A DNA stretch of 64,000 nucleotides, taken from contig JARDVH010000031.1 in NCBI GenBank assembly GCA_030324005.1, forward strand, positions 56,750,821-56,814,820, given 5' to 3'. The position numbers and the translations under genes were made by a program. Of this stretch, positions 1 to 13,469 are shown piece by piece. The stretch comes from Negaprion brevirostris. Its lineage: Eukaryota. Each line of letters opens with the position of its first letter. Position 1 is the first letter of the stretch. The notes beneath the pieces were generated by a model. The model made no database searches. It worked only from the letters and a program-made list of their open reading frames with translations, and had not been told where the DNA came from.

Positions 1-1070
1 TCCTACTTCATTTCAGGTAAAAACGTGGTCATCAGGTGTGAGCCAATCTTGGTGTTGCTGTGTATGATGCAGTTCTGGCTCATACCCATCTTTTAAAACT
101 TGGCCATCACCCAAGCCGTCTTTCACTTTACCTGGTGATCAACAATAGACCATGTACGGATCTCGAAATAAAGGGGGGAAGAAAGCATACCCAATCACCT
201 GAGGGTGTCACCCTCACCCTGATGGCCATCAAGTTGTGCTTATGCAAANNNNNNNNNNGATATGATTTGATATGCAAATACCAAATGTCAATACTCAGGT
301 CCTATTCATCCCTATGTTGCAAAAATTGGATCTGACCATGTTGTCACAGAAAGTTCCATTCAGTTGGCCTTTGTGCAGAAGTTTATGTAGAAAAACGCCA
401 TTGATCATAAGTACGTAGTGGACCTCGAGACCCTGCAGGAAAAGGAAATGTTGAATCCTCTTGGATAGTTCAAAGTCATGCAGAAATTTTTTAAAAACAC
501 CAAGAAGTCACTTGGCTGGTGGTGATAAGCTCAATCCCTGTCAGATCCTTTATGCACACCTAAGGTTTTAGTACTCATCTGCAATGAGGCTTTGCAAATA
601 GGTCTGGAAAGCAATGCTGTAGTTTTTGTCAAGGTTCATCTGGAGCGAGATTCTGTTTTACAGGCTGTTCTCAGGGACATACAGTGGGAGAAACATCAAT
701 AGCTGCTGGAGGACCATTGACTCCATTAAAGATGCCTTTTAGTCTGCCTGAACCTTTCTGGTCTAAAGAACTGTCCATACTTGAATGTTGCAGACTGGTG
801 CATTCCAATCTCCAGGACTACATTCTGGGGGACACACTGAAGCTTGGGCTAAACTGGGAGTGTTGCAATTTAAGACTAACCTGTCACAATATACCCAGGA
901 GCTGGAACCTTGGGTTGTATGTTTGACATGGAAATATAATCTGAAACTCTAAGTGTTGTGAGGCACCTCAGAGTGTCACTCACTACAGAGAACAAAGCTG
1001 ATTTCTCTTGCGATTTATGTAATGAGAAATTTGAACTGTACAAATTTTAAGAATAAAATATATTTTTTGT
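1..1070 (+). mobile_element. Degenerate Tx1/L1-clade non-LTR retrotransposon, ORF2 C-terminus and 3' end
   Basis: Frameshifted peptides CWRTIDSIKDAF and ECCRLVHSNLQDYILGDTLKLG resemble the Tx1 ORF2 tail. AATAAA and an A/T-rich end lie at about 1052-1070. Confidence 0.65.
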
Positions 1071-1119
1071 GTTGACAAATATCCATAGTGTTGGGTAGAT
1101 ACCACTGTTGTATCTGTAC

Positions 1120-1625
1120 TGGAACAGCTTGGCCAAAAATGTAGCTAGTTGTGAAACTCATGTCTTTAGTATTACAGTCAGGATCATTGTCCATAACCTT
1201 TGCTGTATCCAGTGCCTTCAGCCATTTCTTGATATGTGGAGTGAATTGAATTGTCTGAAGATTAGCATCTATGGTGTTCAGGACTTCAGGAGGAGGCTGA
1301 GATGGTTCATCTGCTCCACTTCTGGCTGCTGATGGCTGCAAATGCTAGAGCCTTTTCTTTTTCACTGATGTGTTAGGTTCCACAGTCATTGAGGATGGGG
1401 AAACGATTGTCTGGACTTGAAATGTCAGCTCTTTTCTCTCCTTACAGATGCTGCCAGACCTGCTGAGGAATTTCCAGCATTTTCTCTTTTATGGTTTCAG
1501 ATTCCAGCACCCACAGTAATTTGCATTTATTATTATTGAGGATAGGGATTTTTGTGGAGCCTCCTCCAGTTAACTGTTCATCATTCACAACTGAATGTGG
1601 GCAGGACTGCAAAGGTTGTGACTAC
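1120..1625 (-). mobile_element. CR1-group LINE ORF2 fragment, split by a Penelope terminus
   Basis: The ORF at 1015-1341 gives IKKWLKALDTAKVMDNDP, the pre-RT 'KA.GPD' region. The LINE resumes after 1535. Confidence 0.7.
1401..1534 (+). mobile_element. Solo Penelope terminal (pLTR) fragment with 13 bp TSD
   Basis: The motif acagatgctgccagacctgctgag...cagattccagca is shared with the ends of the longer Penelope copies at 23-24 kb and 26 kb. It is flanked by attgaggatgggg (1388-1400) and attgaggataggg (1535-1547). Confidence 0.75.
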
Positions 1626-2044
1626 ATGGTGTGATATAAAGGATAAAAATGGCATTGGGAAAGTATGGGAGTAAGAAAACTGAAGATAAATGTATTTACT
1701 GCAAGCAGAGTTTTAATTCTGGAAATAAATTAGGAAAAATATACTTTGGGCCAAGACAAAGGAGATTTGAGTGCTAATGTGACTTAGAAGATGAGTATGA
1801 AGTAAATTACATTACCAAGAGCTAAATGATATTGGAAGAAATGCTTTTCTGATGGTCCAGATTGGTGCATTTAACAAACATTTGATATTAATTTCAAGCC
1901 CAGTACCAAAAAATGTGATACTTTAGAAGATATATTAACTTTACTTCAAAATTGCAGATTTCTTGATGACATTTGTATTAATTAAGATTTGTGTATTTTG
2001 TTTTCTTGTTTGTTTTTAAATTTAGCAGAGCAGGATATTGTCCA

Positions 2045-2730
2045 CTAGGGGTCAGTCTTGACTGAAAGGTAGAATTCTTACTTCTTACTCAGAAGGATAA
2101 TTGTTTTAAATTCTACTCCAGAAATTAGGGCACTCTATTGCAATGCATTGTTAACAGTGCCATTTTTTTAGATGAGACATTAAACCAAAACCAAGTCTCC
2201 TTCACGTTGCACATGAAATATTCATAGAGAAACAAGGGATGCCTCCCTAGCGTCCTGGCCAATTTTTATTTGTCAGCCAATAGCAGCAAAAAGAAATTAT
2301 CTGGGCATTATCTCAAACTTTGCTGTGTGCACATTGATTAACGTGTTTCCAACATTTGAATAGTGATTGAATCAATTTAAAGTTTATTTATTAGTCACAA
2401 GTAGACTTACGTTAACACTGCAATGAAGTTACTGCAAAAATCCTTTAGTTGCCACACTGGTGCCTATTGGGTACATTGTTGGGGGGGAATTTAGCATAGC
2501 CAATGCATCTAACCAGCAACATGTCTTTCGGACTGGGGAGGAAACCCGAATACCTGGAGGAAACCCATGCAGACACGGGGAACGTGCGGACTCCTCATTG
2601 ACGTGGCCCAAGCCGGGAATCAAATCTGGATCCCTGGCACTGTGAGGCAGCAGTACTAACTACTGTCTGTAAGTTCTTTGGGCTACCTTGAATTTGGGAA
2701 GTACACAACATAAATGCAAATTTTATCTTT
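2045..2730 (+). mobile_element. Old Deu-domain SINE (SacSINE1/AmnSINE-like), interrupted by an HE1 SINE
   Basis: Deu core motifs gatgagacattaaacc, gtcctggccaatttttat, attatctgggcattat and ttgctgtgtgcacattg are present. The tail resumes after 2665. Confidence 0.7.
2375..2665 (-). mobile_element. HE1/V-SINE, tail type B
   Basis: Reverse complement of the tRNA-like head (actgctgcctcacagtgccagg), the V-domain and the ...cttgtgactaataaa tail. Confidence 0.85.
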
Positions 2731-3099
2731 CATTATTAGTTATATGGGTGAAGGCACTGGCATAACTGCTCAAAGCTTTGTTTGAATTATGATCTTAGAT
2801 GAGAAGAATTATGACCTAGATACAATGAAAGAATGGGAAAATATCTAATACAGATAAATGTAGTGTTGTGCACCAAATAGTGCAAATTCTAAGTATGCAC
2901 ATACTATTAGGAAAGAAAACTAGGTGTTTAAGATCAGTGTCACAGGCTTTAGAAAAAAAAAATGAGCTGCTGGGATAATCTAATGTGTATTCTTAACACC
3001 CATTACCTACCTACCAACAACCTCTATCACTCAGTGCTCAAGTGTTTAATCAATATGCCTTTAAGCAGTGTGCAGCACTGCTGCAAGGCTGAAACCAAC

Positions 3100-4570
3100 A
3101 ACTCACATTGGTACTCTTCACTATGACAGCCACATCACCCAAACTGTTGCAGACATTCACTGACACACTTGCCTCTGCAGCAGGAGAAGGTGGTGGCGCA
3201 TAACAGGAAAAGATTGGATGAGGACAAGTACACCTGTATGGATTAGCCACACGAAGCAGTCAGTGCTGGTTATCATGGAAAGGGACATCATTGAGACCAG
3301 GGCCAATGGTGGGTCTGAAAAGATTGTTAATGAAAGTATCTTTATACCTAATCCTCCTCTTTGCATTCCTCACTATCTTCTGACTGAGAACAGCTTATGG
3401 TGCGAGGAATGGGCTTCTTATGTATCCCTCTTAGCACAATTCAACCCTTATTCATTTCAGATTCCCAAGAACAGGAACCTTCTCAGTCAGAGAAGGATGA
3501 AGAAGATGATAATAAAGGTGAAGAGACACCATCACTCAATCTGACAGTTGCACCCACCTGCTCTGTTACTGACACTGCATATTTTAGGGAATAGAACAGA
3601 GGAGGAATCTGCACATGGTGAGGCACGTGGGCAGTACTCAGGATAAGAGAGAAAGATAGGCCACATATCAGCTTGCCAGAGGCCAAGGTCACAAAGTGAC
3701 ACCCTGCAGGGAAGCAAGGTAAGGACTTTGGGTCAGGTTACAAAATAGTGCTACAGTTGAAGCTCAGACTTGTGCTATTGTGACTCTGGATACTAATATT
3801 CAAAGAAGAGTCCTGGATGTCACAGCAGTCCATCAATACGTTATCAAATGAATCCATAGGCTTGCTGAGGTGCTGATTCAAGAAAGTGGCAATGGCTCCA
3901 TAGAAAATGAAGCTACTGTCCTCATTTCAGCTTTGTGCTGCCCCAGACACGCTGCCAGTTGCTCTTGCTGTTGCCTGTCAACTAGGCAACCTAGACTGCT
4001 GTCGCCCAGGATGAAATGGTTCACTTAAAGCCAAACCTTCTACTTCCGGAACAGTTCAAGGTCCACTTCCAAAGCTATCTACAGTCTCTTCAACTGAGTG
4101 TTAACAACCATGCTGTAGCTATTGGATTAGCACTCCTAGAAGCACTAGGAGAGGCAAAGGCAAACAGATGGCAGGCACCAAGGGAATGACCAAGATTGAT
4201 TTGTTTATTTCTCTATATGTAATATAATTGAGTTTATTAATTTATATAAATTTATTTGGTTAACAATGTGCAGTTTCTATCTGTTATTGGAGAGAGGATA
4301 ATCTGCTGGTAAATGATAGAAGTGTACACAACATGAGATTATTAGTGAATGGGGAAGTGCAGCTGAGATTACTGGTATCACTCATTAATTATTTCACCAT
4401 GTAGAACTTGAACAGTGCCCAAGCATTATGTTTCTTTACATCCTGACTTATTTCCTCCTTGTCTACCTTCTCTTTCTCTTCTTCCTCATATTCTTATTCC
4501 TCAACTTCTGGCCTGAAAAGTGGTGGCAAGGGCAGAAAACTCATAATGTTCAGGTTGTGCACATTCAGTG
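3100..4570. mobile_element. PIF/Harbinger relic: spliced Myb-partner gene remnant (+) convergent with HARBI1-like C-terminus (-)
   Basis: The minus strand at about 4400-4560 gives HNLNIMSFLPLPP followed by an acidic EEEE tail. The plus strand has splice-acceptor-bounded acidic segments (3170, 3460). The motif ttgcctgtcaactag is shared with 40481-40495. Confidence 0.55.
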
Positions 4571-4654
4571 TGTTATCACTAATACCAGCTCAGTGGCAGG
4601 GGTCCTCCCGAACGGTACAGGTATCAGAAGCGTTGCTTGAAGATGTTGACAGGA

Positions 4655-4928
4655 ATCAGAGTAGGCATAAATGCATTACAGTCTGGTTCAGAAGATGTAA
4701 CAAGTGGTGTGCCACAGGCATCAGTGCTGGAGCATCAAAGTTTTCTAATTTATATAAATGACTTGGATGGAGGGACTGAAGGTATGATTGCTAAATTTGC
4801 TGATGCCACAAAGATTGATAGGAGAGTAGGTTATGAAGTGGACATCAGGAGGCTACAAAGGGCTACGGATAAGACAAGTGAGTGGACAACGATCTAGTGA
4901 ATAGAGTATAATGAGGGAAAATATGAAA
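4655..4928 (+). mobile_element. CR1 LINE RT fragment
   Basis: Peptide VTSGVPQASVL...FLIYINDLD...KFADATKI. Confidence 0.85.
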
Positions 4929-6060
4929 GGGGGCAATTCTCCCAGCCCGCTAGGCTGCTTGATCCTTCATTCGCAACTCTCCCAGGCCATTTTTTTAACC
5001 TAATCAGCTTCATGCAGGAAATCAGTATGAGGCTGATTACCATATTGAAATTCACATTTCAGTATGATTGGCAGGCCTGGGATGGTATTCTCCAGGCTCG
5101 CTAATATCTCCCATCCTGCCAGGAAAGGTTCCCACCAGCTGGGATTAAAGTTGTTCCGATCAAAGGGGAAAGGGGCAAGGTGTGATCACCCTGCTGGTGG
5201 GGACAGAGGCCCTTGAGGCCCTCCCGGAGAGGTCAGGACAGGGACATGCCCTTTGGGCTATGCCAGCTTGGCACTGTCAACCTGGCACCCTGGCAGTGCC
5301 CACTGGGCATGTGCAGTGCCAAGAGGATGTGGCCTAAGGATTGGTGGATCAGTCAGTGGTGGTTGGGGAGGACTGGCTGTGTACTCTGCTTTAGGGATCA
5401 GTGGGCTTGGAAATTAGGGCAGGACGTAGGGGGAATTGAGCTGGTCTGGACATGGGGGTGGGAGGTCCTGGAAGCCTGCGATCANNNNNNNNNNNNNNNN
5501 NNNNNNNNNNNNNNNNNNNNNNNNNNNNNNNNNNNNNNNNNNNNNNNNNNNNNNNNNNNNNNNNNNNNNNNNNNNNNNNNNNNNGAATTGAGCTGGTCTG
5601 GACATGGGGGTGGGCTGGCGATCAGGGTGGGGGTGTGTTGGGCAGATTGGGAAGCTACCGATCAGGGTGGTGGGCAAAATGGGAACCTACTGATTAGTGT
5701 GGGGGCAGGGAAGCTGGCGATTGTGGGAGGGATGGGGGTTAGTTGAGAAGCTGGCAATTGGGGAAGTGGGGGTGTGCTTGGGAAGCAATTGGAATGCCGG
5801 TGCTCAGGAAACCAATAATGGGGGAGAGGCCAGTGTGTATGCGCCAATTTGTCAGTGGCCCACTCAGCATGCTGACGCCAAACCCTCGGGCGGGTTCAGA
5901 CTCCGCATCCCCCCAATCCACCTCCACTGGAATGAATTGCATTAGGGACTCTGTGATGTACAGAGTCATGGAGATCCATACTACTCAGCTCACCCAAAAA
6001 CCGGATGGGAAAACCCCTGTTTTCCCACCCGTTGGACACTTATTTTAGTAAAATCACCCC
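4929..6060 (+). mobile_element. Non-autonomous TIR element (Harbinger-like) with G-rich internal repeats
   Basis: Imperfect TIRs ggggcaattctcc and gtaaaatcacccc. The left part recurs inverted at 12540-12984 and the right end is similar to 37118 onward. Confidence 0.55.
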
Positions 6061-6511
6061 CATCTGCACCAGAAAAATTAATCCAGCAAACAACATGATG
6101 TGTTTAAGTGCCAGTGTGGAGTCATGCTGTTTAAGGCTGTGTTTGTTGTGTAAGGATAAAGCAGTGTAGGCTGGAGTGTGACAAAATGACAGTACCAGTG
6201 AGAAATCAACATTACACATTGGTTCATGTCACAATTTGCTTGCTCTGCATGCTCCAGCTGTTGCACATTAAAAAGCCTTTACTAATATGTCATCCAGCGC
6301 AAATCCTGTTGCAAGTGTGTGCACACATCTCAAATATCAGTTTCCAGTGACCGTGTAGTGCTTAGAAAAAGAGCATCGTGACTGCAGAGGCTTCCTCTAG
6401 CCCAATAAGTCTAGTTTAGCTTTTCACACGTAATCTTATAGATATAGAGGCCCGGTAAAGGTTCAGAGGCGGGGTAGTGTTCTGATACGTAGCTTGAAAG
6501 ACCTGGAGAAC

Positions 6512-7810
6512 TAACAGGACAAATCCAATCTGGCCAACTAAAGCCCTATCAATCTACTTTCAATCATCAACAAAGTGATGGAAGATGTCATCAAAGGGCA
6601 CTTACTCAGCAATTACCTGCTTACTGAAGCTGAGTTGGATTTTGCCATTCAGGTCCTGATGTCATTACAGCCTTGGTCCAAAACATGGATAACAGAGGTG
6701 AACTTCAAGACTTGAGGTGAGAGAAACTGAGTGTGATGTCAATGAGCCCTAACAAAATTGAAGTCAGTGGGGAAATTTTCCACTGCTTGGAGTCATACCT
6801 AGCATAATTGAAGATGGTTGTGCTTGTTGGCTGTCAACCATCACAGCCCAGGATATTGTTGCATGAGCTCCTCAGGGTAGTGTCCTGGTCCCAATCACCT
6901 TTAGCTACTTTATCAATAACTTTTTCTCCATCAGAAGGTCAGAAATGAGGACTTTGCTGATGATTGCACAATGCTCAGTGCCATTTGCTACTCTGATACT
7001 GAAACAGTCCACATCCATATGCTGCAAGACCTGGACAGCATCCAGGCTTGGGCTGATAAGTAGCAAGTAGCATTTGTGCCACAGAAGTGCCAAACAATGA
7101 CCATCTCCAACAAAAAAGAACTTAACCATCTTCCCATGATATTCATTGGTGTTACCATTGCCAGATCCCCCCAGTATCAACATTGTGGGGGTTATGATTG
7201 ATCAGTAACTGAATTTGATCAACCATATAAATAGTGTGGCTACAAGAGCAGGTTAAAGGCTGGGAGTTCTGCAGTGAGTAACTCACCTCCCCAAGGCTGT
7301 CCACAAGGCAAAAGTCAGGAGTGTGTTGGAATATTCTCCACTTGCCTGGATGGATACAGTTCCAACAACTCTCAACAACTCAACATCAATAAGGACCAGG
7401 CAACTTGTTTGATTGGCATCTCATCCCTTAAGCATTCACTCCCTACACCCCTGACACATGGTGGCAAGGTATGCACCATTTCCAAGATGCACTGCATCGA
7501 ATTCCTTCAACAACACCTATATCTACAATCTCTTCCACCTGGAAGGACAAGGACAATTGAAGCATGGGAACACATCACTTGCAAGTATCTTTCCAAGCCA
7601 CATACCATTCTAACTTGGAACTATATCACTGTTCCTTTACTGTCACTGAGCCAAATCCTCCCTTGCGGACAGAATTGTGGGTGTATCTACATCACATGGA
7701 TTGCAGCAGTTCTAAGGGGTTCACCTGCTCAGCGCAATAGTGGCAAGAATGGGCAACAAATTCTGGCTTTGCCAATACCCCCTCAACCTGTAAAAGAATA
7801 ATCAAAAAGA
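6512..7810 (+). mobile_element. Degenerate CR1-group LINE (RT to 3' end)
   Basis: Remnants of the PINLLSIINKVME, PQGSVLVP and FADDCT motifs. The 3' tail (aaattctggctttgccaata...gaataa) is shared with minus copies at 13.5 kb and 57.9 kb. Confidence 0.75.
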
Positions 7811-8236
7811 AAACTGGTGTTTCTGCTTTGGAAAACAGTGTTCTAGAAATTGAACCATGCTGTGTCCATTTTACAGGCAAAAAACAATGGTTGCTGAAGT
7901 TCCAATGGAAGACAGCATGTATAGATTATCAGCAGCAGAAGAGCACGACCAGCAATATTAGATTAGGCAGCTCATTGGGAATCCAGGGCACTTGACTGAA
8001 AGTGTTGTTAAAAACTATTTAATCTGAAAAGGATTATCCATTTCAGGTTGCTTTAAGAAATTGGTTTGCAGCTGACCACAGCAAGTAGTCCTTAAAAGGA
8101 ACCCTGGAGGCAGCCTGTTGGAAAGTACTCTTGCTTCCAATGACTCTATTCCAATGATTCTATCTTTGAACTCTCGCACATTATACTTTTGGAGGGTTGT
8201 AAGAATATCCTTAATCACTACTGTCCTTCCCCTTCA

Positions 8237-8525
8237 CAGTGGCACAGTGGCACACTGCCTCACAGCACCAGGGATCCAGGTTCAATTCCTGGCTAGGGTC
8301 ATTGTCCGTGCAGATTCTGCATGTTCTCCCTGTGTTTGTGTGGGTTTCCTCCAGGTGCTCTGGTTTCCTCCCACAGTCCAAAAGACATGCTGGTTAGGTG
8401 CACTGGCCATGCTAAATTCTCCCCCAGTGTACCCAAACAGGCACTGGAGTGTGATGAATAGGGGATTTCCACAGTAACTTCATTGCAGTGTTAATGTAAG
8501 CCTCCTTGTGACTAATAAACTTTTA
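8237..8525 (+). mobile_element. HE1/V-SINE, tail type B
   Basis: A-box gtggcacagtgg, B-box ggttcaattcc, V-domain and tail cagtaacttcattgcagtg...tgtgactaataaac. Confidence 0.85.
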
Positions 8526-9399
8526 AAGTTTTCTTTTTTTATTGCACTGTTCCTGAAGAATATGATCAAGGACTACATGAAGACAAGACCTTTTTACAAG
8601 ATATATATCTGATAGAAATGAAACTCTATCAACACAAGAGGGCACTTTCACACCATTTTACAGCGTCAGCAATTTTTAAAGCACTTGATAAACCCCATCT
8701 AGTGTTTTCTTTATTACAAATGTACATTGTTTTGAATTAGCTCTTTCACTTTTTTAGTTTATTTCTCTTTCGCTTCTCAATTTTAACACTGAGTGGGAGT
8801 AGAATGTGCAAAGTCCTGGATGGATGGAAGGAAGTGTAATGCCAGTGCCAAAATGAGGGAGCCCAAGCCATTTACTGAACCTCATTAAAGTAACAGTCGA
8901 CTCCCATCTGAAGATGACAGGAATAGCCTGGAGCTGCTGATGAGGAAGCAGGGGGTTGGGGGGGAGGCGGGGCTGTGCAATAAGATGTCAGGCAACTGAA
9001 GGCAGCTTCTAGGGACCTGGAACTTGTACTGTTAGCCCTGTGAAGATATTTCAATATTTATGAGACTCCCATTGGGTGTGGCATATTGCATCAACACTTT
9101 CAGAAACATGTGAATAATTAAAATGGCCACTAATTTAACATATTTCTAGCAAGTGAGCATCATTTCAATCTAGGCTATGGTTCATTTCCCACTGTGCATT
9201 TATTAAGTTGTTTTTATAACTCTTTCCTTGTCAGATAGGTTTGGCAGGCTTCTATGTAATTGAGCAGAGAGATACTGAAAACTTAACACCACAGGACATT
9301 GAACCCCTTTAATCTATGCTGTCCCATTGTTGCAGTAATCCAAAATGAACCTCACTGCGTTGTTCTCTTCCAGCACCCTTCAACTTCTTCAAATGTTTC

Positions 9400-9740
9400 C
9401 ACTTCCCTCCCAGAAGATACGCAGTGGGCCTTGCTGCTACTTTCTGTTGCAAGAACCCCATGCCGTAACATTCTGGTACTCCTGGCTAAATCATTACATT
9501 TCTTTTGGCACTGCAGCCAGGTACTGATAAAAATGCAGATGGCATTCAGGCTCTATCATGCTAATTTGTCGTGATAATTGTCTATAGCAAAGAGCAACTC
9601 CTTTCCATTGTCCACTTGTTCCACCAGCACCCCCATAGCAATATCCAAGAACTGATGGAGCTCATGTTGACCATAGAAAAATCTCAATTCCGCCATTCTG
9701 CTTTCTTCCTTTGTCTGCAAAAGAAACACCTTTCATTTAA
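9400..9740 (-). mobile_element. Harbinger Myb/SANT (NAIF1-like) gene relic
   Basis: Minus translation ...VLVEQVDNGKELLF...STWLQCQKKCNDLAR, with internal stops. It is preceded by a tttcttttgcag acceptor. Confidence 0.6.
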
Positions 9741-9902
9741 GCTGTTTTAGGCTCTTAAGAGTCCAAAACAATGGGTAAATTGACACATCCTGAACTGCAT
9801 GTTGCTTAGAGGAATACATTTTGTACTGGCAGCTCACCTCTATTCATTTAATGATCGGCACATAGCCACCAATCCTCCAGGTGGCCTCTGTTCTCAGCTG
9901 TT

Positions 9903-10150
9903 TAAGGAACAAAGAAATGTACAGCACAGGAACAGGACCTTCGTCCCTCCAAGCCTGTGCTAATAATGATGCCCTAACTAAACAAAAAAAAAATCTTCTT
10001 CCATTACTCGGTCCCTATCTCTTTATTCCTTCCCTATTCATGTACCCATCCAGATGCCTCTTAAGTATTGCCAATATGCCTGCTTCCACCACTTCCTCTG
10101 GCAGCATGTTTCAGGCACCCACCACTTCCCGCACATCTCTCTTAAGCTTT
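9903..10150 (-). mobile_element. CR1 3' end fragment
   Basis: acagcacaggaacaggaccttcg... is the reverse complement of a CR1 3' UTR. Confidence 0.7.
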
Positions 10151-10524
10151 CTCCCTACTTCTTATCATTTCTTGTTGGGGGGATAAAATTGCCCCTGTTG
10201 AGCCTTCAATCACTGAGAAGTGCTGGGAAAGTTTGAACATAATTTAATCAGGTTTGCCAGGAATTCTTCAAGTTTCCAGTATATACTTAACTGCCTTGTT
10301 TACTTCCTAGCAGTCGGATATAAAGCAACACTGACAAAGGCCTATCTACCCTCAGTCAGGAAAGAGTAGGATGGGGAAGAGTAAATCATTGTATGTAAAA
10401 AATGGTGGGAAAATCCACAAGGTCAGAATAACTTCCTTATGACTGGTAGCTTGATAAATGTCAAACAACTTGAATGAGTAGGTTCTGACTCAGATTCTTT
10501 TCTAAAGAGAGACTTATAGACTCA

Positions 10525-10770
10525 CATGAACACAAGAAATACTAGTAGGAGTAAACAACAAGGCCCATCAAACCTGCTCTGCCAATCAATGTGATCATGG
10601 TTGATTTTGGGTTTCAACTCCGCTTTGCTATCTGTTCTCCCTGAATCTCTTGATTCCACAAGACACCAAAAATTTGTCTATTCCAGTCTTAGATGTATGC
10701 ATGATAGAGCATCCATAACTCTAGGGTAGAGAATGCCAGAGTCATAACTCTTAAGAATAATTTCTTCTCA
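10525..10770 (-). mobile_element. CR1 3' end fragment
   Basis: Reverse-complement CR1 tail and gggtagagaatgccaga motif. Confidence 0.65.
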
Positions 10771-12089
10771 TTAGTATTAACATCCTATTGGGCATTTTTG
10801 CCAGGCGCATTCACTTGCACAGCCAGCAGGAAGGGCCAAATAACACAGCTCCTCTACTGACATGAATCACCAGGGGTATTTCTAGTGAAGGTATCAAGGT
10901 ATCTTCCTCAATACAGACTATTAGAATTCTATTTTCTTTGCTGAGAAAAGAATAAGGTGTTTATTTTTCCAGTTGAATGAGTATCAATGACAATTGCTCT
11001 TTTAAAGACAAAATAGTTTTCCTGCTCTATTTTTGGCCAGCAAGGACAGTCCCATACCTGCCATGTTCAGAGTTTGTGGGGGTTTGTGGGAGGGTCGGGG
11101 GAAGGAATGGGGCTAGCTTGCAGCCAAGTTGGGGTGCTGTGAGGCTCCCTAAAATTGCAAAATAGCATCCATAACTCATGTTCACTTCTGACTGGAAGTG
11201 CACCAGATATTATAATAGTAAATGAGCTGTGCATACACATTATAACATCCACCAGGAGTACACAGAACAGGCTGATCATGACACCGAGCAGTGTGGAATG
11301 TCGCTTTACTGCCTGTGAACTCTTAACAGAACAAGGATAACTCCGCATCTACTGTGCCAGCATTTGTACAAGGGATCAACAACCACATAATGGTTAGTAT
11401 TTGTAATATTTCACCTGAGGTTGTTACTACAATTTAATGCATTTTGGGTACATTTTCATAGCTTTTTAAAAATTTCAATAATTTCCGGGGAGTGGTGTGG
11501 CTTATGCAGAAGTATTTTTTCTGATGACTTAAAAGCTTGGGCACATTTTCCAATGGAGAAAAAAATCAATTAAACCAGTTGTAAACTGCAACTTCACTGA
11601 ATCAGCCTGTAACCTGAATAACCAGTATGCACTGGGAGCAACTGGGAAATCCAACCAGATACCTTGGCTGTTGCCGGGAACGGTTGACTTAACTAGGAAT
11701 TAACATGTCTGATTTCAGACTAGTGTTCCCCATTCTTGTGTGTTATCAGATTATACAGAGTTTGCAAACCCTTCCCCGTGTCCCAAATGGCAGGTGTTGG
11801 ATTAGGATTAGGGTCCCACTGACTTGTATGGATAGTGGGTTCTGGCTGGGGGTAGGGTGGGGTTGGATAGACTGGGAGTATTCTGGAGACCATATAAAAT
11901 GTGGATGTAGGGAGTCCACCAGGTCTAAGGGTGCAGGGGAGTCCAAAATGCCCTTGGTTATGGGAATCTGGCTGGCCCCTGGAGGTCCAACAGACTTCTG
12001 GAGTGCAGGTGTTCTGGCATGGGTGGCCTGGGTTAAAAGAAGACTGGGAGAATGAGAAAAGGCCACATAGAGCAAGACAAGTTACTGGA

Positions 12090-12535
12090 AATGAAAGGAG
12101 GAGGAGGAGAAGATGAAAGGCTTTCAGAGGAGGCCATACACATCTAGGGTGATGCAACTCTCATTCCTGAATTTCAGATGACCAAAGTTTGGGATTTTTA
12201 TGGTTTATAACTGAAGTTATCACAGAAACCTACCAATTGCTACATTGATAACTTCATTCTCAGAGCAAGAACAGGGTGGTATTACTAATAGTTGTAGGCT
12301 ACAAAGTTCATCACATCAATGAACATTTCTGCATCTGGATCCTTCCAAGCTGCTTTAGAGTTACTAGCAACATTTTACAATGAGGCTGTCTATGCAAAGA
12401 TAGATAACGTTATTTAATTTCCTGTGGCTAGACACAAGAGGGCAGAGTGAATTCCAGGATTTGCAAAGACAAGCTTCCTCATGGTGTAGGATAACACTGA
12501 CTACATACACATTGCTTTGCTTGCACCACATGCCA
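12090..12535 (+). mobile_element. Harbinger (HARBI1-like) transposase relic, N-terminal half
   Basis: Peptides RRPYTSRV, MNISASGSFQAA and TDYIHIALLAPH, which correspond to the canonical ASGSFQ and IDCTHVAI.AP motifs. Confidence 0.7.
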
Positions 12536-12539
12536 ATTA

Positions 12540-12984
12540 GTCTGGTGGGCAGTGCCAGGGTTCCAGGCTAGTACTGCCAGGGTGCCAAGCTGGCAGGGCC
12601 CAAGGGACAGACCTCCTTGCCCTCTACCTCCCTGGGGGGGGTCTCAATGTCCTCCAGTTCGACCGGCAAGACCATAAGGCTGGTTCACCTTCATGGGGAC
12701 CAACTGTGATTCTTGCCAGAGAAAACCTCTCCCAGCGGGGCTACATAGGCAAGTGAGCTCAGATGATTTCATCCCAGACTTATTAAATCAATACGAAAAC
12801 AATTTTAAGTATATTTGAATACTTTTGCCAGAAATGGGCGGGAGGCTGAATGCACCAGATATCTGGTGCTGGTAAGATTGCGAGAGGTGAGAAATCGGCA
12901 CAACCTGATTTCTAGGCTCTCTCGTGATCTTAGTGGCTCACCCTGTCCATCAGATGATGGCAAGCAATGGTAAAATCTCTCCCA
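12540..12984 (-). mobile_element. Partial copy of the non-autonomous TIR element at 4929
   Basis: Reverse complement of about 4929-5310 (tgccagggtgccaagctggca). It ends in ggtaaaatctctccc. Confidence 0.6.
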
Positions 12985-13469
12985 ATGACTTTCTAAAGCT
13001 CACAGACCTGAAACAACAATGGAAAATGAAGTGGGTGTTAAATGTAGGCAACTGTATCATGTTTTTGTTGCATTTCGATGGGTAAGGAGATGAAACTGCT
13101 GACCATATTAATCAATATATCAGATGTATAGCTAGTACATTGACCAATATAGCAGCATCAGCCTGGAATGAGTTAAATGCAGTAACATCTACTGCCACTA
13201 GTCGTACTGTGTCTAAATTGGCTGCTAGTGCCCTTGGGTTGGTGGCAAAACTGTAGCTAGCTTGCTGCTCCCTAAGACACCGTACAGGCACTGTCATTAA
13301 ATCTAACCATCAACTGCCCATCACAGAAGGTGACAGTTTGCATCTAGGTGGTGTTTGGCTACCTGAGTTCTCTTGAAAGTTAGTTACAGAGCAACTCTCT
13401 TTATATGCACAACTCTCTGTCTCATCTGTTTCTGAACTGAAGTCAGATAAATCATTTGTATTTCTTTAG

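Noticed and set aside
1050-1120. Possible small-RNA or microsatellite target site downstream of the Tx1-like element
   Set aside because: The 3' flank shows no recognisable snRNA, tRNA or simple repeat, and the 5' end is outside the window.
5433-5615. 30 bp repeat gaattgagctggtctggacatgggggtggg flanking a gap, which could suggest a CRISPR-like array
   Set aside because: It is a G-rich minisatellite inside a TE, collapsed at a gap, in a vertebrate context with no spacer structure.
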